Positions 32,608 through 42,364 of a stretch of 54,132 nt of DNA are shown one piece after another; position 1 is the first letter of the stretch; every line of letters begins with the position of its first letter. Both the position numbers and the translations under genes were made by a program. The DNA is from Macrostomum lignano (Eukaryota). The stretch is from contig NIVC01001327.1 in the NCBI GenBank assembly GCA_002269645.1, positions 1 to 54,132 on the forward strand, in the 5' to 3' direction. The notes below the pieces were generated by a model that saw only the letters and a program-made list of their open reading frames with translations, was not told where the DNA came from and did no database searches.

Positions 32608-33800
32608 CTGAGCAGTGTGCTGAAATTCGGTTTAAGTTCAAAGTCTGCAGTGCAATACGCGGGCATTGGTGTGTCTCAGGCTAAAAGTCTGCATTTACCA
32701 AAGCCTGAGTTTTGGTCCGAGCTTTTCTACTCAGCAAACGCTTGGATGAAGTCTACGCGTGAGCACAGCTAGTGCGGTGTTGCCATGCAATGCCTACCCA
32801 AGTACTCTCATTCTTCTCACTAATTGTGTTCTCTTCTCTTGCCCGACGCACTGCACAAGCTTTGAACAAGTCTGCTTTTGTATAAGCAGACAAGTTAAAG
32901 ATGCAAAGATGCTGAGACTGCGATGGTTCGTTATTAAGTTTATTGCGTCCCCTAAAATCTTTGTTGCCTAGTTGTTCATTTTAAAAGCCTTCGCGCGCTT
33001 CAACTTGAAGCAGTCAGATTTCTTTTGGGAGGAGCAGCAAGGATTCAAAGCAGAGAATGGGTGCCTTAAAAGGGCCGTTTTAGTGAAAAGAACTATCTAA
33101 ATTTCGCTCGCTACTGTCAAGAGCAGCCGACCATTGTACCTGTTTTTTTGCACTAAATAAATTTAATGCAACAATGTGACTTTTAAATAAATCCGCGGTT
33201 AAATATTTATTGGATTTTCTGGTTTAAAATAAAAATTTCCTTTTTGCAGTGTACCTTGCATGAATCTGCTAAATAACGAGCCCAAGCTGAATTGTCTTCT
33301 TGAAACCAGCTTAAATTAGTAGATTGTGGTCGATTCCGGTGGATAACATGACTTTCGAATAATTCTAATTGCGAATTCGTGTATAATTAGTAATAAAAAA
33401 TATCTTTAAGGTTCATGATACATTCATGCAACCATACACGATACACCTTCAGCCTGACTTTCTCTGTTAGGTCAGTAAAAAATGACAAAAAATCTATGGG
33501 ATTTTGTAAAACACTACTAATAATTACTGGCTGTGTTTATAATTAATATAAAAACTTACTTTTTTTCCTTTCGCATCACTTCTTGTCTAAGATACCTTTT
33601 ATTTCTACTGCCAGTAGTATATTGCATACAGAAGATTCTTCATTAGGCTTGCAAATTTTGGTTCCGTAGCTTCGAAGAGGTCCAGTTTTATTTCGAATAG
33701 GTCCAGTTTTTACAATATAGGCTATACTGCATAGGCAAACTTTTTACTTTCATATCCAAAATTCATCTGCCTCTTTCTTCATCCGTCCAACTCCGTAAAC

Positions 33801-34511
33801 ATGACTGACCCCGCGCCCGCTGCTGCCAAGGCGACGCCCAAGGCGAAAGCCAAGAGGCCGGCCAAGCCGAAGGCTCCATCTGCACACCCGCCGACTCTGC
33901 AGATGGTGAAGGCCGCGATCCGTGCCAGCAAGGACCGCAAGGGAACCTCGCTGGCCACCATCAAGAAGTACATCGCCGCCAACTACAAGGTTGACATCAA
34001 CAAGATGGCTCCGTACATCCGCAAGGCGGTGAAGAGCGCTTCCGACAAGGGTGTGCTGGTCCGAGTGGGCAACAAGGGCCACGGCGCTTCCGGTAGCTTC
34101 AAGCTGGCCAGCATGAAAGACGACGCTGAGAAGCCCAAGCCGAAGGCCAAGGCCGCTAAGAAGCCCAAGGCTCCTAAGTCGCCTGCTGCTAAGAAGCCCA
34201 AGGCCAAGAAGCCCGCCTCTGCAAAGAAGGCCAAGTCACCCAAGAAAGCCAAGTCGCCCAAGAAGCCAAAGGCTGCCAAGGAGGCCCGAAGCCTGTGGCG
34301 GCAGCGCCGGCGCCGGCGGCACCCAAGGCGGCAAAGCCCGCCAAGCCGAAGACCCCGAAAAAGCCGAAAGCTTCCAAGCCCAAGTCGCCAAAGAAGCCGA
34401 AGGTCGCAGCCAAGAAGCCCGCCGCTAAGAAAGCCCCGGCCAAAAGGGCAGCCAAGTAAAGTCTTAGCCCCAGCTCGACTGCGCGATAGCCACCTAAGCA
34501 GATCATTTTGA
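33801..34511 (+). CDS. H1: Histone H1 (intronless). Canonical Lys-rich tail ends at TAA 34457-34459 if one base is restored at ~34280; as written the ORF ends at 34511 with an Arg-rich tail
   Basis: Winged-helix globular domain HPPTLQMVKAAI...KDRKGTSL..IKKYIAANY...GASGSFKL; K/P/A-rich tail resumes in the -1 frame (KPVAAAPAPAAPKAAKPAKPKTPKK...AKRAAK); histone stem-loop downstream. Confidence 0.95.
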   Translation: MTDPAPAAAKATPKAKAKRPAKPKAPSAHPPTLQMVKAAIRASKDRKGTSLATIKKYIAANYKVDINKMAPYIRKAVKSASDKGVLVRVGNKGHGASGSFKLASMKDDAEKPKPKAKAAKKPKAPKSPAAKKPKAKKPASAKKAKSPKKAKSPKKPKAAKEARSLWRQRRRRRHPRRQSPPSRRPRKSRKLPSPSRQRSRRSQPRSPPLRKPRPKGQPSKVLAPARLRDSHLSRSF

Positions 34512-34521
34512 ACGCTAAAAC

Positions 34522-34537
34522 GGCCCTTTTCAGGGCC
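34522..34537 (+). terminator. Replication-dependent histone mRNA 3' stem-loop
   Basis: AAAAC-GGCCCTTTTCAGGGCC-ACC matches the canonical SLBP-binding hairpin, 63 nt after the H1 TAA. Confidence 0.95.
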
Positions 34538-34919
34538 ACCAAATCCAAATGATCTTGGTCGCCTTTAATTAGGCTACTATCACTATCTCACTATCCTACC
34601 AGAAATCTAATTAGTTATATGGTACCAGTACCAGCTAGTTTTGCTGTAGTTGTAGAAATTGTTTTGTTAAAGCAATGCAAGTAGAGAGTAGCAATGGTAG
34701 CATACATTCTGCACGCATTTAATAATTATACCTTATTGGCTTATTTTGCCTCAACTAAATTTCAATTCGAATCAGAGCATTTTACGTTTTGTATTGTGTA
34801 TATATCGCCTCGGACTCCATATTCAGTTAATTCAATTTCTAAAATAGTTGACTGGTGACAGCCAGTACTTTATTTCATCTCAAACTAAACTGAAAGTGAT
34901 AATAAATAATCCAGGGCCA

Positions 34920-35330
34920 CCCTCAACCCATTGCAAGTGGATTCCAGATGGATGGTCGCTGGCCCGGTACGGTAGTAGCCCTTAGGTTATAGGTAGCGGA
35001 CGAGTCGGCAGAGATTCTCGGGCCTGAAAACGTCGGTTCGGAGAGATCCGAGTTTGGGCCGAGGTGGAGCCTGTCCTGAATAAAGACTGGGCATTCACAG
35101 ATGAAGTGCTCCGCATTCTCAACACCGGACCGGAGAGGCAATTGGGCATTCCTCACTGCGGATTTTTCCCTGGAGGTGGCGATGCCTGGCAAAACAGCCA
35201 TGACACAAGAGGGCCATGGTCACCGCCATAGTTGAGTCCAAGCAGGGCCCTGCATCTGACGGAAAAGTACTTCGAAAACTTTCTGTACTTGGGAGGAGGG
35301 TTGGTAAGGGCTCGCAATGCTTATTGCCTT
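34920..35330 (-). mobile_element. Degenerate 3' fragment of a non-LTR retrotransposon ORF2 (C-terminal Cys/His domain)
   Basis: Across frameshifts it reads HGCFARHRHLQGKIRSEECP...VENAEHFICECPVFIQDRLHLG, resembling the GHG...C..C...E..EH....CP C-terminal motif of R1/I-like LINEs. Confidence 0.6.
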
Positions 35331-35449
35331 CTAGCTGTCTTGAATGTATTTAAAAGATTGACGTTGACACTATTTAAAGAAATACGATGAAATTTTGAAT
35401 GCGAGACTGCAGGGAGCTGCATGTATATGTACATGTAGATGTATGAGAG

Positions 35450-35680
35450 GCTGTTGGAGCTGTGTGAGAGGCTGGGAGCTGTGTGAGAGCCTGCTGGCAG
35501 CTGTGTGAGAGCCTGCTGGCAGCTGTGTGAGAGCCTGCTGGCAGCTGTGTGAGAGGCTGGGAGCTGTGTGAGAGGCTGGGAGCTGTGTGAGAGCCTGCTG
35601 GCAGCTGTGTGAGAGCCTGCTGGCAGCTGTGTGAGAGGCTGTTGGAGCTGTGTGAGAGGCTGCTGGCAGCTGTGTGACGG
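35450..35680. repeat. ~22-bp minisatellite (GCTGTGTGAGAGCCTGCTGGCA)
   Basis: About 10 tandem units. Confidence 0.9.
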
Positions 35681-36240
35681 ACTGACAGGTATTTACATGT
35701 ACATGTACACGGAATGTAAGTTGTAGTGAAAACTTTTGTGCTAAAAGCTAGCATCTTGTAAGGATGTGAATTCGAGCTGTAAGGTCATTGGCAAATAGTT
35801 TAATTATTCTGATTAAGCAAAAAAATTAATAGTTTAGCCAAGCAGGCACAATTAAGATTCGCACAATGTGTTCCAACGTGTACCCTTGCAGCTGCCTCAC
35901 CTGACTCAGTTGCTGCTCCAAATTAAGGATTGCAACGTGGCTTCTCTCGTCGCGTGGCTTGTCAAATTTTAATCTAAAATAAAAAAAGTCAAAATTCTTA
36001 TCATGCGAGAGTTAAACGAAACATTTTTTTGCTTGTTAGAAGCTTCGGTTTGTTTGCCTTCGCCAATGGCAACGCAATGCAAATGAAGCATTCGGGGCCG
36101 GGCGGCTTAGCAACCGATGCAAACACTGATATCCCCCGCATCAAGCACTGTCGATAAGAGGCGGGGAGCGAATGCATAAAACTCGATTCGCTCGGCAGGC
36201 CCCTGTGCAAACCAACAACTCCTACAACTCGAACAGCGAT

Positions 36241-38790
36241 ATGAAGACTGCTTGTTGCGCTGTCGCCGCCTTCCTGCTGGTGCTGGCCCTCGCCACTCCC
36301 GGCCGGACCTCCACCACGCCAGATGCCACCGCGCCCGATGCAACCACTGATGTGACACCTGATTCAACCGACATCGCCCCGACTGGGGGCCCTGATCCGA
36401 CAGGTAGCGCACCAACCGGAGGCACCGATTCTGCAACCGATGGCTTGGAGTCTTCAACCGCAGGCCCTGATCCGACAGGTAGCGCACCAACCGGAGGCAC
36501 CGATTCTGCAACCGATGGCTTGGAGTCTTCAACCGCAGGCCCTGATCCGACAGGTACCGCACCAACCGAAAGTCCTGATCCGACAGATACTGCACCAACA
36601 GGAGGCCCTGATTCGACAATAGCAGAAACCGCACCTACCGGGGGACCCACTGATTCGATACCAGACGGCGCCACCACTGAATCACCACCAAGCACAGCTG
36701 ATTCGACGGAAAGCCGAGCTACGGCGGGACCAACGGGAGAGACGTCTGGTGCACCAACCTCCACCCTGCCAACTGATTCTTCCAGTGCATCATCCACCCC
36801 ACTGACAACTGGATCAGATGCCTCAACTCCCGAGCAGACCTCAGCATCGCCTGCGCCTCCAGAAACAACCCAGAGCTCGTCCAGTTCGAGCCCGACGCCG
36901 CAGCCAACGCTTCAGCCGGACGTGAGCTACTCGGTACCGACACCGTACGGTCAGATTAACGGCATGACGTACAGCGTTAGAGTATCCACCTTTTCTGACA
37001 AAGCTTTCAACACAAAAAGAGTGAGCCGATTTCTTGGAATTCCGTACGCTCTGCCGCCAACTCAGACCAGAAGGTTCAAGTCTCCGGTGAAGTACCCAGC
37101 TAGCAGCTCAAACGTGGTCAACGCCACTGAGCACAAGCCGAGCTGTCCGCAGCAGGGACAGACCTACGACGAGGACTGCTTGTACTACAACGTCTGGACG
37201 GTTCAGACCGCGGAGAACGCCAACTCGTCACAGAGGTATCCCGTCCTCGTTTACATCCACGAAGGTCGCTTTGAAACCGGTTACAGCAGCAACCCGCTGA
37301 GGCAAGGCGAAGAGCTCGTCACCCACAACAACGTTGTTGTCGTCACTTTTAACTACCGCCTCGGAGCTCTGGGATTTCTCACTCTCAACAGGACCAGTTA
37401 TACTGGGAACTATGGAATCCAGGACCAGAAAGTGGCTATCCAAGTTATCTATGAAACGATCTCTGCGTTCGGTGGAAATCAAAGCCAAATTACTCTGATG
37501 GGCCTGGACGCGGGGTCTGCCAGCATCGGCTTCCACATGATGAGCTCGAACACCAGCGCCTACTTCAGCCGCGCCATCATGATGGGCGGATCTCCCATGA
37601 TGCCTTGGTCCTTGACAAATGATCTTGAATATGTGCAGCTGCTGAGCCTGCTGTTCATCTCTGGGAGCCTGAACTGCACCTCAGTGACCGAGCCGGCTTT
37701 GACGCAGTGCCTGCAGAACATTCCAGTTGGCCAGCTGATATCGCTGCAGAACAACTTTACTCGCTTCTTCCAGGGCTTGGAGTTCTCACCGGTTATCGAC
37801 GGCACAACGATAGCGCAGGATCCTTGGCACGCGTTTTCAACTGGGAACTTCAACAGCAAGGATCTGCTCATCGGCTCGACCAACGACGAGGGTGCCAACA
37901 TCGCCGAGGATGGCCTGGAGGCACTGAACATCCCGATTTTTGGCGTGAACGATTCTATGCTTGTCAGCCTGATCGAGCGGTCAATCGCTTATTACCCCAG
38001 GGCCAGCCGCACCCTCAGCGCGGCCGGCAGGCAGTTCCTGCGGCTCCACTTCACCGGGTACACAGGGGCAAACAACGGCACGAAGAACTTCGCCACCCTG
38101 GGCAAAGCCGTCGGAGACTGGTACCTCACCTGCCCGGTGGTTCAGATGGCCCAGTTCGCTGAGAAGCTCAACCCCAATGTGTACCTGTACTATTTCACCG
38201 AGAAGGAGCTGAACCAGGACAAGTGGCAGGCTTCGCACGGCGTGGACGCTGACTACGCGTTCGGCGTTCCGACCCTGTCGACTGGCATCATCTACCCGGA
38301 CGTCAACAAGGTGCTGAGCGAACGCGTGATGCGTAATTTCGTTGAGTTTGCCGCTGAAGGCAGGCCGACTGGCGCAGACCTGTGGAAGCCGCTGAACTAC
38401 ACGAGCGGCAACGAGATGAACTACATCAACTACAATGCGGATGCCAGGATACTCGGCAACTATCAGCACGGCTACCGGATGTCCGAGTGCCACTTCTGGA
38501 ACAAAACGCTAGCCTACGTCAACGGCCTAGAGCAGCCACCACCACCACCCACCGCCACCACCACCGCTGCAACCACCGCCACCACCGCCACCACCACCAG
38601 CGCCGCAACAGAACCGCCCATCGGGCCAATTCCGTCCAACGCGACCAGCTGCGGGGAGTGGGACTTCAACAGCGCTACCGCGACAACGATGGGCGTCCTG
38701 CTCGGCACCCAGGCGGTCACGGCAGGCGCCTTGGGCTTCGTGCTGTACAAGTGGAAGTCTCTGGCCAGGGTCAGCAGCCAGCCAATCTAG
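36241..38790 (+). CDS. Carboxylesterase/cholinesterase-fold type I membrane protein with N-terminal Ser/Thr/Pro mucin stalk, lacking the catalytic Ser; 849 aa, intronless
   Basis: Signal peptide from MKTACC (ATG 36241); RFLGIPYALPP, EDCLYYNVW, VVVTFNYRLGALGFL, GNYGIQDQ..A, FGGN...ITLMG; nucleophile elbow GLDAG; C-terminal TM GVLLGTQAVTAGALGFVLY. A 75-bp coding repeat starts at 36388, 36463 and 36538. Confidence 0.9.
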   Translation: MKTACCAVAAFLLVLALATPGRTSTTPDATAPDATTDVTPDSTDIAPTGGPDPTGSAPTGGTDSATDGLESSTAGPDPTGSAPTGGTDSATDGLESSTAGPDPTGTAPTESPDPTDTAPTGGPDSTIAETAPTGGPTDSIPDGATTESPPSTADSTESRATAGPTGETSGAPTSTLPTDSSSASSTPLTTGSDASTPEQTSASPAPPETTQSSSSSSPTPQPTLQPDVSYSVPTPYGQINGMTYSVRVSTFSDKAFNTKRVSRFLGIPYALPPTQTRRFKSPVKYPASSSNVVNATEHKPSCPQQGQTYDEDCLYYNVWTVQTAENANSSQRYPVLVYIHEGRFETGYSSNPLRQGEELVTHNNVVVVTFNYRLGALGFLTLNRTSYTGNYGIQDQKVAIQVIYETISAFGGNQSQITLMGLDAGSASIGFHMMSSNTSAYFSRAIMMGGSPMMPWSLTNDLEYVQLLSLLFISGSLNCTSVTEPALTQCLQNIPVGQLISLQNNFTRFFQGLEFSPVIDGTTIAQDPWHAFSTGNFNSKDLLIGSTNDEGANIAEDGLEALNIPIFGVNDSMLVSLIERSIAYYPRASRTLSAAGRQFLRLHFTGYTGANNGTKNFATLGKAVGDWYLTCPVVQMAQFAEKLNPNVYLYYFTEKELNQDKWQASHGVDADYAFGVPTLSTGIIYPDVNKVLSERVMRNFVEFAAEGRPTGADLWKPLNYTSGNEMNYINYNADARILGNYQHGYRMSECHFWNKTLAYVNGLEQPPPPPTATTTAATTATTATTTSAATEPPIGPIPSNATSCGEWDFNSATATTMGVLLGTQAVTAGALGFVLYKWKSLARVSSQPI

Positions 38791-39807
38791 GCCAGCACCC
38801 TGATGGGGTCCACCGGGACCATGGGGCTCAGCTGAGGGTGACAGCTCTGACTGTGATTTACTGCCAATAGAATGCCGCCCTGTTTGCTGGGAGATGTTCT
38901 TATTTATTTACAGTTACTCACTGCAACAATCAGCTAAATGCAACCAAAGCGATCAGTGGGAGCAATTTTAACTATTAAAATGCAACTCTTTTTTACCAAA
39001 ACCTTTCGCGATTTCACCAAGTATGCCGCAGAAAATTGAAAATGATTATAATATCGCAAAACTGATTTTTTAAATGCGATTTTCGCATGTATTTCGCTAG
39101 TAATTCCAAGATGATTGACTCGCTTCTCTGTTTTATTCAATGAAATGCTGCTAAGAGACCAGTTTTTTCGCTTTTTTCTCTCAAATAAATTGATCAATTC
39201 AGGAGTTTCAAGAGAAATTCAAACAAAAGCATCATTGTTATTTCTCAGAAAGGCCATGCAGCCCAGTAGACACCCAGACTGCTGGCCTTTCCAGCCTCCC
39301 GCACCGCTGCATCCAAATCTCAAACTGTACCGCAGTTGTCAGTGCTTGAGCGGTTGAGTAAAACTCTGTCTGAGCCGCCCCAAAAGTAGCGAGTCTGCCC
39401 CGTCACCCCACAGAGCACACGCCAGAGGAGGGCCTTGGGGTGGTGGGGGTGGAGCACCGCTATGTGTGTGCAGGCAGGCGGGTGGAAGGATGAGAACTGA
39501 GTGTACATGAGCCCATGGCTGCACTCGCGCTCTGGCCCAAGCGCACACAAGTTGGTCTCCAACCCTCCCCCCCCCATGCGCTCTGCCACTGAAGTTGGGC
39601 TTCGGGCTGAGAAACGGGCAGAGAGCTCTGGCCCGACGCGCGCTGTCGCTGCAGGAAAAGAGAGAAATCTTTACACTTGCACCTTCCCGGTTGGAGAGGC
39701 CTGAGTTGAATTCCCAAATAACCGCAGTTCTTCCACGTTCCGGCCTCCCAAGTTTGAATTGCCGGCACTTCTGCGACGTTTCCGCGAAACTGCCAGAGAG
39801 AGACGTT

Positions 39808-40087
39808 TGCACAGGTAGATTGGATTCGTGCTCTGAGTCATTTCTCCTACTCAATATTGCAGTGCTATTGATAGAATCTGCACAGGTAGATTGGATTCGT
39901 GCTCTGAGTCATTTCTCCTACTCAATATTGCAGTGCTATTGATAGAATCTGCACAGGTAGATTGGATTCGTGCTCTGAGTCATTTCTCCTACTCAATATT
40001 GCAGTGCTATTGATAGAATCTGCACAGGTAGATTGGATTCGTGCTCTGAGTCATTTCTCCTACTCAATATTGCAGTGCTATTGATAG
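39808..40087. repeat. 71-bp tandem repeat, ~4 copies, ~120 bp upstream of the MICU ATG
   Basis: Units start at 39808, 39879, 39950 and 40021 and are essentially identical. Confidence 0.95.
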
Positions 40088-40207
40088 AAAAGCGAGCTTG
40101 GAGTTCGGAAACTTTCGCTACAAGCGCATTTTTCTGGTATCGTTTGATCAATTTGAGAACTGAACGCTAAGGCTGCTTCGCCGCTCCCTTCCAGGCTGTC
40201 CCCCGCC

Positions 40208-41461
40208 ATGGCGCAGTTCTTCAGGCGCCTGTCCTCGTCATCGGTGACTGCGGCTGCCGCCGCCGCGGCCCTCCTAGGCTCTGGAGCCGCCATCAGAAGC
40301 GCCTTCGCCAGTCACCGGGAGGCGCCGGTGGAGACCAGGCCGTCCGCTGTGATACCGCGGACGAGCCTGGCAGCGTGGGCCGCGGCCAGCAGTGGCGACG
40401 GCAGACCGGGAGCATCAGGCGGCGAACAGCAGGCCGCTGGAGTCAGCAACTACAGGGAGCGCCGGTTCCAGGACTTCGCCTCTGTCGAGTTCGAAGGGGT
40501 GCCGTACATGACGCCGCAGGACTTCTTGGAGTCGGTGACGCAGGACCGGCCGCGCTACCGGAAGCGCCGGCTCGTGTTGTCGCAGTCGGAGCTGGCCAGC
40601 GCCCTCTACAAGACGCCATCGCGCTGGTGGGCGTCCAGCAAGCTGTTCCGCAGCCTTGGCAGCGACGGGATTATCTCCTACGCCGAGTACCTGTTCCTGC
40701 TGTGCATCCTGGCTAAGCCCAAGGCCGGCTTCGAGATCGCCTTCAAGATGCTCGACCTGGCCAAGAACCAGCGGGTGGACAAGCGCGAGTTCACCGTGCT
40801 CAACAAGATGATGTCACGCCAGCCCGGGGATCTGCAGCCCATCGACATCGATGACATGACGCCCGTGCAGGACACCACCCTCATGCTGCACTTCTTCGGC
40901 CGCAGCGGCAACGACAAGCTGGACTTCAAGGAGTTCAGCAAGTTCATGAACAACCTGCAGACCGAGGTGCTGGAGATCGAGTTCGCCGAGTTCTCACGCG
41001 GCCTGCAGACCATCTCCGAGAGCGAGTTCGCGCAGGTGCTGCTGCGCTACACGCACCTGTCGGACGAGAACCAGCAGGTGTACCTGCAGCGAGTCAAGGA
41101 GAAGCTGGTCCGAGAGGAGGGCATCAAGTTCGAGGACTTCCGGCTGTTCTTCCAGTTCCTGAACCACCTGGAGGACTTCACCATGGCGATGAAGATGTAC
41201 TCGCTGGCCGGCCACTCCATCAGCCAGGAGGAGTTCCAGCGGGCTGTCAAGGCCTGCGTCGGGTACACGCTGGCGCCGCACCTGGTGGCCACGGTGTTCC
41301 TGCTGTTCGACAAAGACGATGACGGGCACCTGAGCTACCACGAGTTCCTCAGCATCCTGAAGGACCGGCTGAGAGGCCTGAGCTCGCGTCCGGCCAGCAC
41401 CGACACCGCCACGGAGAAGTTCAAGCGCTGCGTGGGGCAGCAAATGCGCGAAGAGAGCTGA
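40208..41461 (+). CDS. MICU3: Mitochondrial calcium uptake protein, MICU2/MICU3 subfamily; 417 aa, intronless
   Basis: Arg/Ser/Ala-rich presequence; RERRFQDFAS...MTPQDFL; GIISYAEYLFLLCILAKPKAGFEIAF; EF-hand DKDDDGHLSYHEF; C-terminal FKRCV with the conserved Cys. MICU2 versus MICU3 is not certain. Confidence 0.88.
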   Translation: MAQFFRRLSSSSVTAAAAAAALLGSGAAIRSAFASHREAPVETRPSAVIPRTSLAAWAAASSGDGRPGASGGEQQAAGVSNYRERRFQDFASVEFEGVPYMTPQDFLESVTQDRPRYRKRRLVLSQSELASALYKTPSRWWASSKLFRSLGSDGIISYAEYLFLLCILAKPKAGFEIAFKMLDLAKNQRVDKREFTVLNKMMSRQPGDLQPIDIDDMTPVQDTTLMLHFFGRSGNDKLDFKEFSKFMNNLQTEVLEIEFAEFSRGLQTISESEFAQVLLRYTHLSDENQQVYLQRVKEKLVREEGIKFEDFRLFFQFLNHLEDFTMAMKMYSLAGHSISQEEFQRAVKACVGYTLAPHLVATVFLLFDKDDDGHLSYHEFLSILKDRLRGLSSRPASTDTATEKFKRCVGQQMREES

Positions 41462-42364
41462 TCACGTGACCAGCTGATCACGTGACCTCGGCTGACTGAC
41501 TGACTTTTGACTCGTCGGGATTGTTTCGATGAGGCACGAGTTTCACTTTGCCTGCAGCTGAACTTGCCCAAGAATGCAGCAGCCCTGGCTCTGCGCCCAT
41601 TCTTGGGGAAGATTTCGATTGTTTTTCAATATTTAGCCAATCTTTTCTGTTATTACATAATTTCCTCAAGTTCTTAGAGCACCAATCCTTATTTATCGAA
41701 AATTTTATATCCTTTCCTTTGTCCTTCCCTATTAATCCAGCTACGCTAACCACATTGCTAAGCCAGCGCACTATTAGGATATATTTCCATATCAATTTAT
41801 ATTTACTTGTATAGAATTCTAAATAGAATATCACTCAGCTGCATTGACCAGTTGACTCTGCAAGCTTCCATTGCATGCCGCAGTGCAGTTTTACTGCAAT
41901 GAAATTCGATCCGGCCGCACAAAATTTGCTTTGGGCCGCAGGCGCCCCGCCCTTATCTGCCCGAGCACCGGGCGCGAAAGTCAGAAACTCAGAAGTTCGA
42001 AGTTGCAATTTCGAACTTCGAACTGGCTGCCTAACGACTAACTTCTCGAAGACAGGCCGCCTGTCTGTTAAGATATTGTTTCGAAAGGAAATTGGCATTT
42101 GAAGTGCGCGGCACAATGCCGAATTTTTGACTGACGCAGCTGACATGCCGTCACGAGCTTTCCCGAGTCGGCCTGCTCGGCTGCGTTGCCAACGCAACCA
42201 GACAAATAAAATTGGATCAAGTGAATTGCGCTCAACAGCTGCTGCCGTTCGGCCTGTCAATCACCAATGAAACGCACAGCAGGGGCTGAAGGCCTGTCAA
42301 AAACTGGGCAATAATTATTACCAGGCAAGATCCGTAGTCCAAAGGTCCCTGATTGCAGGTATTC

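Noticed and set aside
36172-36240. Upstream ATG extension of the esterase-like ORF (872 aa)
   Set aside because: The signal peptide starts at ATG 36241; the extra 23 codons are hydrophilic and probably UTR.
39320-39589. 89-aa - strand ORF divergent from MICU (CSHGLMYTQF...RYFWGGSD)
   Set aside because: No recognisable family, weak codon bias and no convincing splice partners; it cannot be supported without expression data.
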